A stretch of 64,000 nt of DNA from Alphaproteobacteria bacterium (GCA_017470165.1 JAFUEX010000016.1:5020-69019), one strand, 5' to 3'. Positions 10,223-19,134 are shown, counted from the stretch's first letter. Program-made: numbers and translations. The notes: generated by a model from the sequence alone, not told the origin.

Positions 10223-10893
10223 AAATACTTATAGCCGATGATCACGAGCTTTTTCTCAAAGGATTGGAAATGATTTTGGGCGATTACAATCCCGAAGCCG
10301 AAATCACCACCGCCAAAAGCTACACCGACATTTTCAACTGTATTGCTCAGCGCAAAGATTTTGACCTTGTTTTAACCGATTTAGCTATGCCCGGTGCTCA
10401 TTGGTTGGAGGCCATCCAGCAAATTCACCGTGATTTGCCCGAAACTCCGATTATTATCTTATCTGCCGTATTCGATCGCGAAATTGTGCAGAAAACTTTG
10501 GATATCGGCGCGGCGGGCTATATTCCCAAAACCTCCAGTCGCGATGTCATCACCTCGGCCGTCAATTTGGTATTATCCGGCGGCGTATACATCCCTGCCG
10601 AATTGCTCTACAACAGCGAACAATCCGAACTTGATATTCTGAAATCGGTCGAAAAAATTTCCGCTTCACAAGATGCCAAGGCCAAAGTCAAAATTCTCTC
10701 GCCGCGGCAAATTGATGTTCTCAAACTCATTGCCAAAGGCCGTTCAAACAAACAAATTGCTTATGATCTCGGCTTGAGCGAAGGCACGGTAAAACTTCAC
10801 GTAACCGCCATCCTTAAGCTGCTGAATGTCTACAATCGCACCGGCGCCGTTGCCGCTGCCACTCACTTAGGATTATTAGATGACAACCAATAA
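10219..10893 (+). CDS. two-component response regulator, NarL/LuxR (REC + HTH) family
   Basis: ILIADDH, LVLTDLAMPG (phospho-Asp), ILSA and IPK. C-terminal LSPRQIDVLKLIAKGRSNKQIAYDLGLSEGTVKLH. The ATGA overlaps the rsmE stop, with AAGGAGG as RBS. Confidence 0.9.
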   Translation: MKILIADDHELFLKGLEMILGDYNPEAEITTAKSYTDIFNCIAQRKDFDLVLTDLAMPGAHWLEAIQQIHRDLPETPIIILSAVFDREIVQKTLDIGAAGYIPKTSSRDVITSAVNLVLSGGVYIPAELLYNSEQSELDILKSVEKISASQDAKAKVKILSPRQIDVLKLIAKGRSNKQIAYDLGLSEGTVKLHVTAILKLLNVYNRTGAVAAATHLGLLDDNQ

Positions 10894-11224
10894 TATCAAC
10901 AAAACTCAACTTAATGAGTATCTTAATATTTTCGGTAAACGCAAAATGCAAGGGCTTTTGCGTGACTATTTAGCCGATTCCACCAAATCATGGGAGACTT
11001 TGGACAAGATTACCAATTCCGAAAAACGTCACATATTTCATTGCTGGCGTTCCAACAGTCTGGTTTTTGGGATGGAAGATTTTTCCAAACTTTGCACCAA
11101 AATCGAAGACGACTTGCTCAACAATCGTTTTTCCAAGGCCCAAGAGTTAATTCCGCTCAGCAAAGAATGCTATCAACAAAGCATCCTCAAGGTTCTCGCG
11201 GTTTTGCAGGATGCCGGCAAATGA
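10880..11224 (+). CDS. Hpt-domain histidine phosphotransfer protein (putative)
   Basis: 114 aa and apparently helical. HCWRSNSLVFG fits the Hpt motif H-x2-[KR]-[GS]-x-[SA]-x3-G. Overlaps the response regulator gene by 14 nt. Confidence 0.5.
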   Translation: MTTNNINKTQLNEYLNIFGKRKMQGLLRDYLADSTKSWETLDKITNSEKRHIFHCWRSNSLVFGMEDFSKLCTKIEDDLLNNRFSKAQELIPLSKECYQQSILKVLAVLQDAGK

Positions 11225-11928
11225 GGATAAACCGCCGCCGCTCCGTCAGTTATCCGTTTTATATGCATTATATCTACGGCTCGCCTTACAACTCCAAAGC
11301 CAAGTGCCGCTCGTATGACAACAACTTCAGTGCCAATCTGCGAACATTCGGCTGTTACTCTCATCTGGTGGGCTTGCTCAACGACGAGCTCAAAAGCGGG
11401 CAATCTGTTTGTCAATTCGGCATCACTTTCGGCTCTCAAATTGATGAAACCGCTCTGACCATCGGCCGCTCCGGCATCTATAACATTATTGATATAAACT
11501 CTGCAGAAATTAAGCGCCTCACCGCCAAACACGGCAAACTATACCCGCAAATCAGCTTTATCCGCGACAACGTTGCCGAGATTACCCCTCGCGCCACCTA
11601 CGATGTTGTAATCAGCTTTATGTTGTTATCAATGACCCCCGATTCGCTTAAACCGCAAATCATCAACAACGCCTTAAAATCTTTGCGTGTTGGTGGCAAA
11701 GCTGTTTTTATTGATTATCATCGTCCCGTTTGGTGGCATCCTTTGGGCAAACTGCTCCGTACCTACTACCGCCTGCGCTATCCCTTTGTCGACACACTTT
11801 TTTCTCGCTCGCTGAGTAGTTTTGTCTCCCCCGAGCTGCGAAGTTCTTTCATATGGCGTCGCACTCTCTGCTTTGGCGGACTTTTTCAAAAAACCATAGC
11901 CACCCGACGCGAGATTTTGACGCGCTAG
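11221..11928 (+). CDS. class I methyltransferase-fold protein with a degenerate SAM motif I (possibly RquA-like)
   Basis: VCQFGITFG replaces the usual V-L-D/E-x-G-x-G-x-G. Post-motifs YDVVISFMLL and LRVGGKAVFID are present. The ATG at 11221 overlaps the Hpt stop (ATGA). Confidence 0.55.
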   Translation: MRINRRRSVSYPFYMHYIYGSPYNSKAKCRSYDNNFSANLRTFGCYSHLVGLLNDELKSGQSVCQFGITFGSQIDETALTIGRSGIYNIIDINSAEIKRLTAKHGKLYPQISFIRDNVAEITPRATYDVVISFMLLSMTPDSLKPQIINNALKSLRVGGKAVFIDYHRPVWWHPLGKLLRTYYRLRYPFVDTLFSRSLSSFVSPELRSSFIWRRTLCFGGLFQKTIATRREILTR

Positions 11929-11949
11929 GCTTGTTCCATCCGTTGTTTT

Positions 11950-12930
11950 TTACTTCAGTTGCAAAATCGCCTCAGCAATTTCATAAGCGCAGTTCAAAGT
12001 TCCTCGCGGCTTAAAATCCAAAGCCTTCTCATCGTCAATACCAACGGCATATCCTCCGTCTGTCAGCGATTGAGCAAACTTCAAATGTTTTTTACCCAGC
12101 CAATTTTTACCGACAAACAATAACACCGGAACACCCGTACCGCAGGCTTCCGAACACATCGACACCGAATCTGCCGTAGTGATTATCCGCTCTGCACAAG
12201 CATAAAATCCCAACAACGGATTCTCTTTTTTCTCGCCCCACATATAGGTATAAGCCGGTATACCCTTAAGCTCATCCACAATCAATTTTTGCGCTTTCTC
12301 ACCGGTACGCCGCGAAGTAGTAATCAAAATACTGCCCCCGACAGTCTGCCAAATCTGTCTCACCTTGCGCGCCAAATTTTCGGCATTTTCCAAAGGCCAT
12401 TCTTTTCCTTTAATCGCTCCGCCCACAATCACCGCTGTCAGCGGCTTCGGCAAATCGGCAAACTCCTTCTCCCAACGTGCTTTCTCTCTTTTGAGCACCT
12501 CGGGAAAAATCCGCGTCGGCGCTCCCACAATTTTCAGCACATTACTCGGCGCCAATTTTTTTGCCTCATCATGTTGCGGCACCGCAGCAAAAGCCATCTC
12601 GCGCAATCCCACTCCTCCGTCCGGATACATCAATTGCACGATTTTGGTTTTATTTTGCGATTTTTTACGAATATATCTGGCCACCGGCACCGTTCGCCGT
12701 GAGGTTGACATCACCACTTCCGGCCAATCTTTGTCAATGTTATCCGACTTTGCCTTATCGATTCCAAACAAACTCCTACCCCTCAGCCAATTGGGCAGTC
12801 CGCCCCATCGATTGTACACCAATTGCTTTTCAACAACTCTCATCCGCTCGCCCAAAGCCTCGGCCACACCTTTGGCCTGTCCCACACTGCCTTTTCTATC
12901 ATCCAGCAACAGCCATATCGTCCTTTTCAT
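11950..12930 (-). CDS. ELM1 / DUF1022 family protein (mitochondrial-fission ELM1-like putative glycosyltransferase)
   Basis: IWLLLDDRKGSVGQAKGVAEALG N-terminus; the length and layout are typical of bacterial ELM1 homologues. Confidence 0.6.
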   Translation of the reverse strand: MKRTIWLLLDDRKGSVGQAKGVAEALGERMRVVEKQLVYNRWGGLPNWLRGRSLFGIDKAKSDNIDKDWPEVVMSTSRRTVPVARYIRKKSQNKTKIVQLMYPDGGVGLREMAFAAVPQHDEAKKLAPSNVLKIVGAPTRIFPEVLKREKARWEKEFADLPKPLTAVIVGGAIKGKEWPLENAENLARKVRQIWQTVGGSILITTSRRTGEKAQKLIVDELKGIPAYTYMWGEKKENPLLGFYACAERIITTADSVSMCSEACGTGVPVLLFVGKNWLGKKHLKFAQSLTDGGYAVGIDDEKALDFKPRGTLNCAYEIAEAILQLK

Positions 12931-13027
12931 ATTTGATAACTTTCAAAAATTAATGGTAAAACCCTTATTATCGTTATAAACTTCATACTATAAAATAAAT
13001 AAAAAGTTAACCTGCTGTATAAAGGGT

Positions 13028-13336
13028 ATGTGGATGAAAATATTTTTGCCCCTGCTGAGTATTTTATTTTTGACATCTTCCGTTGCCGATGCGCAATATG
13101 CCTCACAAAACGAGGCTGTGTATATGGCCACCCTCAAAGCCGTAGTCAATTACAAAATTGACGACGAAGACAATTTGAAAAACGTCGAGCAGTTACGTTC
13201 CAACCAACACTTCATGCAAGACCTTTCCAAAATGATGTCCAAACTCTCCAACCGTCGCGCCAAAAACTCGCTCAACAATCGTGTTTACAAAATTCTGCTT
13301 AAGGCCGGCAAAGAAATTTATCAGGAATTGAACTAA
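13028..13336 (+). CDS. hypothetical small secreted protein
   Basis: Signal peptide MKIFLPLLSILFLTSSVADA; no recognisable domain. Confidence 0.45.
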   Translation: MWMKIFLPLLSILFLTSSVADAQYASQNEAVYMATLKAVVNYKIDDEDNLKNVEQLRSNQHFMQDLSKMMSKLSNRRAKNSLNNRVYKILLKAGKEIYQELN

Positions 13337-13357
13337 CTTTTTCGGAGTTTTTGCCTT

Positions 13358-13633
13358 ATGAAAAAAATTTTTGTTATTGTGTTAATTGCTTTTTTGCTTC
13401 CCGCCTGTGCCTCAAAAGAGTGGGAGCCTCCCTACAATTATCTGGCCTCTCATATTAATGTCATCGGCAAAACCTCCAACTATGTTGTTTACGAATATTC
13501 TGACGTCCGCATTGACGAAGTTGCCCCGATTGCCGCGCTTTATTGTCGCGATCAAGGCGGCCGCACTGCCGAGCTTTACGACATCGGGCTGAGAGCCGAC
13601 CATCGTCGTCGTGCCACTTTTATGTGTCGCTAA
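13358..13633 (+). CDS. hypothetical small lipoprotein
   Basis: MKKIFVIVLIAFLLPAC lipobox; 91 aa. Confidence 0.5.
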   Translation: MKKIFVIVLIAFLLPACASKEWEPPYNYLASHINVIGKTSNYVVYEYSDVRIDEVAPIAALYCRDQGGRTAELYDIGLRADHRRRATFMCR

Positions 13634-13715
13634 GCGCATCATTGCTTGCAATGCCGGCTTTTTATCCCTATATTATGTTTTAAGGAAACTTGTATCAAAT
13701 ATATAGGCAACAACC

Positions 13716-14633
13716 ATGAGCAAAGATTTATATCAGGTATTAGGCGTATCCTCGACTTCTTCTGAGGCCGAAATAAAATCCGCCTACCGCAAACTTGCGC
13801 GCAAATATCATCCCGACCTCAATAAGGACAACCCGCAAGCTGCAGAAAAATTCAAAGAAATATCTTGCGCCTACGATATTTTAGGTGACAAAGAAAAACG
13901 TCGCAAATACGACAATCACGAAATTGACTGCGATGGCAAACCAACCGGATTCGGAAGTGGTTTTGGCAATGACAGCAGCGGTTTTCACACCTATTCCGGC
14001 AACCCTTTCGGCAGCGGATTTTCTTCCGCGCAAGGAGGTGGATTCGACTTTTCCGGCATCTTTGGCGAAGATATTTTTTCTGCTTTCGGCAATGCTCAAA
14101 GCTCGCCTTTCGGCCGTCGCACCTCCCGTCGCACCAAAGGCCGTGACATCAACTACACTATGCGCATCGACTTTTTGTCCGCTGCCCGCGGTGCTGAAAA
14201 GACCGTCAATGTCAACGGCAAAAATATCAACGTCAAAATTCCGGCCGGCACTACCGATGGTCAAACCTTGCGGCTCAAAGGACTGGGCGAAGCCGGCATC
14301 GGCGGCGGCTCATCCGGCGATGTACTCATCACTTTGAATGTCGACCATCATCCTTATTTTACCGTTTCGGACAAAAACATTTTACTCGACCTGCCTGTCA
14401 CTCTCAAAGAAGCCATCCTCGGCGCCAAAATCACCGTACCCACCATCGACGGCAAGGTCGCAGTCAATATCCCTCCCTATGCCTCGTCCGGTGAAAAACT
14501 GCGCCTCAAGGGCAAAGGCATCAAAGGCGGTGACCAGATTATGACCCTCAAAATCATCACCCCCAAACACCACACCCCCGAACTGGAAAAAGCGCTTGCC
14601 GCTCTTCCCGATGAAACGGTCAGGACATTTTGA
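13716..14633 (+). CDS. DnaJ-family co-chaperone lacking the zinc finger (CbpA-like, type II)
   Basis: J domain [22 protein letters not shown], a G/F-rich linker, and a C-terminal substrate-binding domain. There is no CxxCxGxG repeat. Confidence 0.8.
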   Translation: MSKDLYQVLGVSSTSSEAEIKSAYRKLARKYHPDLNKDNPQAAEKFKEISCAYDILGDKEKRRKYDNHEIDCDGKPTGFGSGFGNDSSGFHTYSGNPFGSGFSSAQGGGFDFSGIFGEDIFSAFGNAQSSPFGRRTSRRTKGRDINYTMRIDFLSAARGAEKTVNVNGKNINVKIPAGTTDGQTLRLKGLGEAGIGGGSSGDVLITLNVDHHPYFTVSDKNILLDLPVTLKEAILGAKITVPTIDGKVAVNIPPYASSGEKLRLKGKGIKGGDQIMTLKIITPKHHTPELEKALAALPDETVRTF

Positions 14634-15202
14634 TGATACTGGAGAACATTCGCCGCTTTGATTGGCAAAACGAGCCGCAAAATGTCAGCTTTACCGAAAG
14701 CGGCTTGCAAATAACCGCCGCCCCGTATACTGACTTTTGGCAAAACATTGACAACCATTTCAGCAAAGATGACGGGCATTTTTTCCGCTGCCGCACCGAG
14801 GGCAACTTCATCATCAAAGCCCGCTGGTTTTTCGAAAGCATCAGAGATTCGGCCCAATGCGGTCTTATGCTGCGTTTCGACGAGCGCAATTGGCTCAAAT
14901 CCGGCCTGCTCTCACCCAACATTTACCGACCGCAAATCGGTGTCATTGCCGCCAACCACGGCTCTTGCGATTGGTCTATTGTCAACTTGCCCGATGACAC
15001 ACACACCCTTTGGCTCAAAGTCAAAAAATGCGCCTCCGACTTTGTGTCCTACTACTCACTCGATGGACAAACCTATCAAGTCATCCGGATGACCCATCTG
15101 CCGTTCATCTCCTCGTCCATCAATGCCGGCGCTTATGTCTGCTCGCCCAAAGACACGCCTTTTGAGTGCATATTGGAAGAGCTTGATTTGCAAAAACTCT
15201 GA
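14633..15202 (+). CDS. DUF1349 (concanavalin-like, Ree1-type) domain protein
   Basis: FDWQNEPQ..LQITAAPYTDFWQ..DDGHFF..GNFIIKA..QCGLMLRFDERNWLK. The ATG shares one base with the upstream TGA. Confidence 0.65.
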   Translation: MILENIRRFDWQNEPQNVSFTESGLQITAAPYTDFWQNIDNHFSKDDGHFFRCRTEGNFIIKARWFFESIRDSAQCGLMLRFDERNWLKSGLLSPNIYRPQIGVIAANHGSCDWSIVNLPDDTHTLWLKVKKCASDFVSYYSLDGQTYQVIRMTHLPFISSSINAGAYVCSPKDTPFECILEELDLQKL

Positions 15203-15205
15203 CAA

Positions 15206-15787
15206 TTACAAATTAACTCCGTCCAATATCCATTTCTCATCCTCCCACACTAAATGGAACAGCGCCGTGTTTTCCATCTTATGCGGACCATAACCGAATT
15301 GCAGCAAAAAATACCTTATCGCCGCGCCATGACTTGCCACCCCGATAACCTTCTCTTTCGCCAGCAACATCTCAGCAAAGGCTCTGTTCATCCTCTGCTG
15401 CACCTCACCCTTGCTCTCACCGTTCGGCCAACGCACATCCATAATGTCATTATCACCATACCAAATATCCCACACTTGCGGATACTTCTTAGCCACTTCG
15501 CTCTTGCTCATCCCCTCGCAGTCTCCCACCGACCCTTCAGTCAACTCCGGCAATATCCTGATTTCCAAATTATGACCGGCCGCCACATATTGAGCCGTTT
15601 GCTTTGCACGTTTCAGTGGTGAAGAATAAATCACCTGCAATCCGCAATCGGCCAATTTTTGCGCCAAAACTTCAGCCTGCTGCCGTCCGTTGGCATTCAA
15701 ATCAATGTCCACTCCCTGCCCTTGCCAGCGTTGTGCTTGGTTATAATCCGTTTCGCCATGACGAAAAATATAAAAATCCTTCCGCAA
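15206..15787 (-). CDS. histidine phosphatase (phosphoglycerate mutase) family protein
   Basis: FYIFRHGETDYN catalytic RHG motif and GVASHGAAIR. Confidence 0.8.
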   Translation of the reverse strand: MRKDFYIFRHGETDYNQAQRWQGQGVDIDLNANGRQQAEVLAQKLADCGLQVIYSSPLKRAKQTAQYVAAGHNLEIRILPELTEGSVGDCEGMSKSEVAKKYPQVWDIWYGDNDIMDVRWPNGESKGEVQQRMNRAFAEMLLAKEKVIGVASHGAAIRYFLLQFGYGPHKMENTALFHLVWEDEKWILDGVNL

Positions 15788-15940
15788 ATCAGTCTCTCCT
15801 CATCAAAAAAAAACACCTGCCATCGTAGCACGGCAAAAGTATATTTAGGGTTAATTTCTCCGTCAAAAACTTTTTTTCATCTCTGCCTCAAAGCAAGTTT
15901 TCTTGTCCTGCAACGACACTCCGCAGCACCCCATTATAAC

Positions 15941-15973
15941 AAAAAAAAGGAATGCCTTACCGCATTCCTTTTT
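15941..15973 (-). terminator. rho-independent terminator downstream of mscL
   Basis: AAGGAATGC-cttacc-GCATTCCTT, with an 8-nt U-run on the minus-strand transcript. Confidence 0.7.
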
Positions 15974-15992
15974 CGTGTTATCTGTTGCTGTC

Positions 15993-16487
15993 TTATTTCT
16001 TCTTAGATACCTTTTCAGCCGGCAATTCCGAAGTGCAGTGCGGACAACGCGTGGCCTGCAACGGTATCTCGCTGAAACAATAAGGGCAAGTCTTTGTGGT
16101 TGCGGCCTCTTCCTTAGCCTCCTTCTTGTCCATCTTTTCCTGCAGTTTATTAATCGCCTTAATCAGCAAAAATACCGCAAACGCCACAATCAGGAAACTG
16201 ATAACCGCATTAACAAACAATCCGAAATTCCAAGTTACAGCGCCGGCACTCTGAGCTGCAGCCAGTGAATTATACGGAGCCGGAGTTGCCCCCTCTTTCA
16301 TAACGATAAACATATTGGTAAAATCAACTTTACCCAACAGCAATCCCAACGGCGGCATAATCACATCCTTCACCAAAGAATCAACGATTTTGCCGAACGC
16401 AGCTCCGATAATGATACCGACAGCCATATCAATAACATTACCGCGCATTGCAAATTTCTTAAATTCACCCAAAAATCCCTTAAACAT
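15993..16487 (-). CDS. mscL: large-conductance mechanosensitive channel MscL with a C-terminal zinc-ribbon extension
   Basis: [35 protein letters not shown], plus a C-terminal CPYC-x11-CPHC. Confidence 0.9.
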   Translation of the reverse strand: MFKGFLGEFKKFAMRGNVIDMAVGIIIGAAFGKIVDSLVKDVIMPPLGLLLGKVDFTNMFIVMKEGATPAPYNSLAAAQSAGAVTWNFGLFVNAVISFLIVAFAVFLLIKAINKLQEKMDKKEAKEEAATTKTCPYCFSEIPLQATRCPHCTSELPAEKVSKKK

Positions 16488-16519
16488 CAGTTCATCTCCA
16501 TAATTATCATTAAGTTGCT

Positions 16520-16566
16520 CAAAAACAAACTAAGGCGCGTCGACAAGCTGTTCCCAGCACGCGCCT
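16520..16566 (-). terminator. terminator downstream of nusG
   Basis: AGGCGCGT ... ACGCGCCT stem, with TAGTTTGTTTTT on the minus-strand transcript. Confidence 0.55.
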
Positions 16567-16578
16567 CAATTTTCTCTG

Positions 16579-17112
16579 TTACCCGACTTTCTCAACCTGA
16601 GTAAACTCCAGCTCCACCGGAGTTGCGCGGCCGAAAATCGACACCGAAACCTTTACTCTGGCCTTCTCGGCATCAACATCTTCCACCACACCCACAAACG
16701 AGGCAAACGGCCCATCACAAACTCTGACCTGCTCGCCGATATCAAATTTAACCACCTCGCGCGGGCTCTTAATTCCCTCTTCCATCTGGGTCATAATCCG
16801 CTGCACCTCAGCCTCCGTCACCGGATAAGGCTTGTTACGCGAGCCCAAAAACCCGCTCACATTCGGATTATTCTTAATCAGATGCCATGCCTCATCGGAC
16901 ATCACCATCTTAATCAAAATATAGCCTGGGAAAAACTTGCGCTCGCTGGCAACCTTAACCCCCTTCTTAACCTCGACCACCTCCTCTGTCGGGATTAAAA
17001 TATCAAAAATACGGTCATCCCATTTTTTAAGCATAACCTGCTCTTTAATTGACTGCGCCACTTTTTTCTCGCAGCCCGAGTGAACATTCACCACATACCA
17101 ACGTGCGTCCAT
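16579..17112 (-). CDS. nusG: transcription termination/antitermination factor NusG
   Basis: WYVVNVHSGCEKKV, FPGYILIKM, and KOW motif GEQVRVCDGPFASFVGVVE. Confidence 0.95.
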   Translation of the reverse strand: MDARWYVVNVHSGCEKKVAQSIKEQVMLKKWDDRIFDILIPTEEVVEVKKGVKVASERKFFPGYILIKMVMSDEAWHLIKNNPNVSGFLGSRNKPYPVTEAEVQRIMTQMEEGIKSPREVVKFDIGEQVRVCDGPFASFVGVVEDVDAEKARVKVSVSIFGRATPVELEFTQVEKVG

Positions 17113-17118
17113 CTTACC

Positions 17119-17316
17119 CTATTCTCCAATTGAAAATACCAATCTCACGATCCAGCTCAACACCTGATCAACCAAAAAGAAAAAAGCCGAAGCAACGGTC
17201 ACCAAGACCACCACCATAATCAGACTCTGCATTACCTCTTTTCTGGTCGGCCAAGTAACTTTTTTAACTTCTTGCTTAACCTGTCGGAAAAACTGCAGCA
17301 CACCAACATTTGCCAT
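17119..17316 (-). CDS. secE: preprotein translocase subunit SecE
   Basis: 65 aa; FFRQVKQEVKKVTWPTRKE followed by a single TM helix; directly upstream of nusG. Confidence 0.9.
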   Translation of the reverse strand: MANVGVLQFFRQVKQEVKKVTWPTRKEVMQSLIMVVVLVTVASAFFFLVDQVLSWIVRLVFSIGE

Positions 17317-17604
17317 AGATTATAACCTCAATCAAACGTTAAAACGATTCGCGAGCACCGACAAATTTTACCGCGCCGGCTCAAGCCCTCGCAATTTACC
17401 AGCTATATAAAGGTTTTTATTCTCTAATGTCAAGAGATTCTTTATACAATTCCCATTTTTATTCTCTTTTGCCGCCTTGTTTTTAATTTTTATCAGCCAC
17501 ATAAATTTAGCATTTAATAACTGCAAAATTTGCATTTATTTATCTGAATAAATACTCTAAAATGCACTACGTATTTTGGGGAAAATATTGGGGATTGTTC
17601 AACT

Positions 17605-18114
17605 ATGACCGAAGATGACGACATCGACGAAGCCGCCGTGCAAATTGCAACATCGGGCACCAAGCGCAAGAGATTGCTTATTCTTTTGCTGCCGGTTTTG
17701 ATTGTTGTCGGCATATCTGCCACCCTATTTTATGTGCTGCAGCGCAACAACAGCAATGACACCGGCGAATACAACATTGTGCAATACAACAAAGATAACG
17801 CCGACAATCTCACTGTATTCTACGATTTGCCCGAAATCACTACTTCGGTGCGCGGTCACTTGGACCCTCACGAACTGCGTCTCAAACTCAATTTGGAACT
17901 CTCCAGCATCGAAGACCTGAAAATTATTGAGATTTTGGCGCCCAAACTCACCGATGTGGTTATCGGGCACACAGTTGAGCTCTCCACCGATGAGGTCAGC
18001 GGCTCGACCGGACTTTATTGGCTCAAGGAAGAACTGCTCTACCGGCTCAATTTGGCCGCCGCTCCCATCAAAATAAAAGCGCTGAATTTCAGCATCTTTG
18101 ACTTGCAAAAGTAA
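17605..18114 (+). CDS. fliL: flagellar basal-body-associated protein FliL
   Basis: N-terminal TM helix, then FYDLPEITTSV...LKLNLEL..LKEELLYRLN, the typical FliL layout. Immediately precedes fliM. Confidence 0.75.
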   Translation: MTEDDDIDEAAVQIATSGTKRKRLLILLLPVLIVVGISATLFYVLQRNNSNDTGEYNIVQYNKDNADNLTVFYDLPEITTSVRGHLDPHELRLKLNLELSSIEDLKIIEILAPKLTDVVIGHTVELSTDEVSGSTGLYWLKEELLYRLNLAAAPIKIKALNFSIFDLQK

Positions 18115-18132
18115 ACTATAAGGAACAAACCC

Positions 18133-19134
18133 GTGGCAAACGAAAACAGCAATTTTAATGACGAAGCAGCCGATTCAAAGGTGTTGACCCAAGACGAGAT
18201 TGACTCTCTTTTGGGCTACGGCTCGGAGGCCAATGACGTCCTGCAACAAAAAAACGGCGTTCAGGCCATTCTAAACTCCAATATGGTGTTCTACGAGCGC
18301 CTGCCGATGTTGGAAATTGTTTTCGACCGCTTGATTCGTCAGATGGCCACTTCACTGCGCAACTACACTCAAGACAACGTCGAAGTTTCGCTTGAATCTA
18401 TTGAGTCAATGCGCTTCGGCGAGTATATCGATTCTCTTACCCTGCCCACTCTGATTAATGTTTTTAAGGCTGAGGAATGGGATAACTACGGACTTATGTC
18501 TTTGGACAGCTCGCTGATATATTCTTTGGTTGACGTCCTGTTGGGTGGGCGCCGCGGCACTGCGGCCATGCGCATTGAGGGTCGTCCTTACACCACCATT
18601 GAGCTCAACATCATCAAAGAAATTATCCAACTCATCCTCAACGACCTCTCCACGGCTTTTGATCCGGTAACTTCAGTAGGTTTCACCTTCGACCGCTTGG
18701 AAACCAACCCGCGCTTTGCGCAGATTACCCGCACCTCCAACGCTGTCATTGTCGCGCATTTGCGCATTGATATGGAAAGCCGCGGCGGCCGCATCGATTT
18801 AATGATACCTTATACCACGCTGGAACCAGTGCGCGATTTGTTGTTACAGATGTTTATGGGCGAACGTTTCGGCCGTGACACCGTTTGGGAGAACCACCTG
18901 ATGTCGCGCCTGTGGGATACCGATGTCGAGGTCAAAGCCATCCTCAAGGAAAGCAAAGCTCTGTTGAGTGATGTTTCCGCTTGGGAAAAGGGTACATTTT
19001 TACCTTTGGAAATAGCTCCCTCCGATTTGGTTACCGTTTATTGCGGCGATGTTCCGCTGTTTGAAGGCAATATGGGGCGCAAAGACAGCCACATCGTCAT
19101 CCGTGTACAAGGAAAGGCAGAAAAAAATGGCTAA
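18133..19134 (+). CDS. fliM: flagellar motor switch protein FliM
   Basis: LTQDEIDSLLG CheY-P-binding N-terminus; a middle domain; and a C-terminal SpoA-like region ..VTVYCGDVPLFEGNMG. Confidence 0.9.
   Translation: MANENSNFNDEAADSKVLTQDEIDSLLGYGSEANDVLQQKNGVQAILNSNMVFYERLPMLEIVFDRLIRQMATSLRNYTQDNVEVSLESIESMRFGEYIDSLTLPTLINVFKAEEWDNYGLMSLDSSLIYSLVDVLLGGRRGTAAMRIEGRPYTTIELNIIKEIIQLILNDLSTAFDPVTSVGFTFDRLETNPRFAQITRTSNAVIVAHLRIDMESRGGRIDLMIPYTTLEPVRDLLLQMFMGERFGRDTVWENHLMSRLWDTDVEVKAILKESKALLSDVSAWEKGTFLPLEIAPSDLVTVYCGDVPLFEGNMGRKDSHIVIRVQGKAEKNG

Noticed and set aside
10990-11220. N-terminal extension of the methyltransferase ORF (ORF-track start at 10990), and likewise 1292-1414 for the CDF gene.
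   Set aside because: The extensions overlap the upstream genes (Hpt and the GldG-like gene) in another frame. In-frame starts at 11221 (ATG, giving an ATGA overlap) and 1415 (GTG) give normal-length proteins.
17317-17604. Possible tRNA-Trp, a sigma54 or sigma28 promoter, or a CtrA box (TTAA-N7-TTAA) upstream of secE and fliL.
   Set aside because: By eye there is no cloverleaf-compatible sequence, no GG-N10-GC with correct spacing, no TAAA-N15-GCCGATAA and no correctly spaced TTAA pair. Only the TGCAAA-A-TTTGCA dyad was retained, as a note in a finding.
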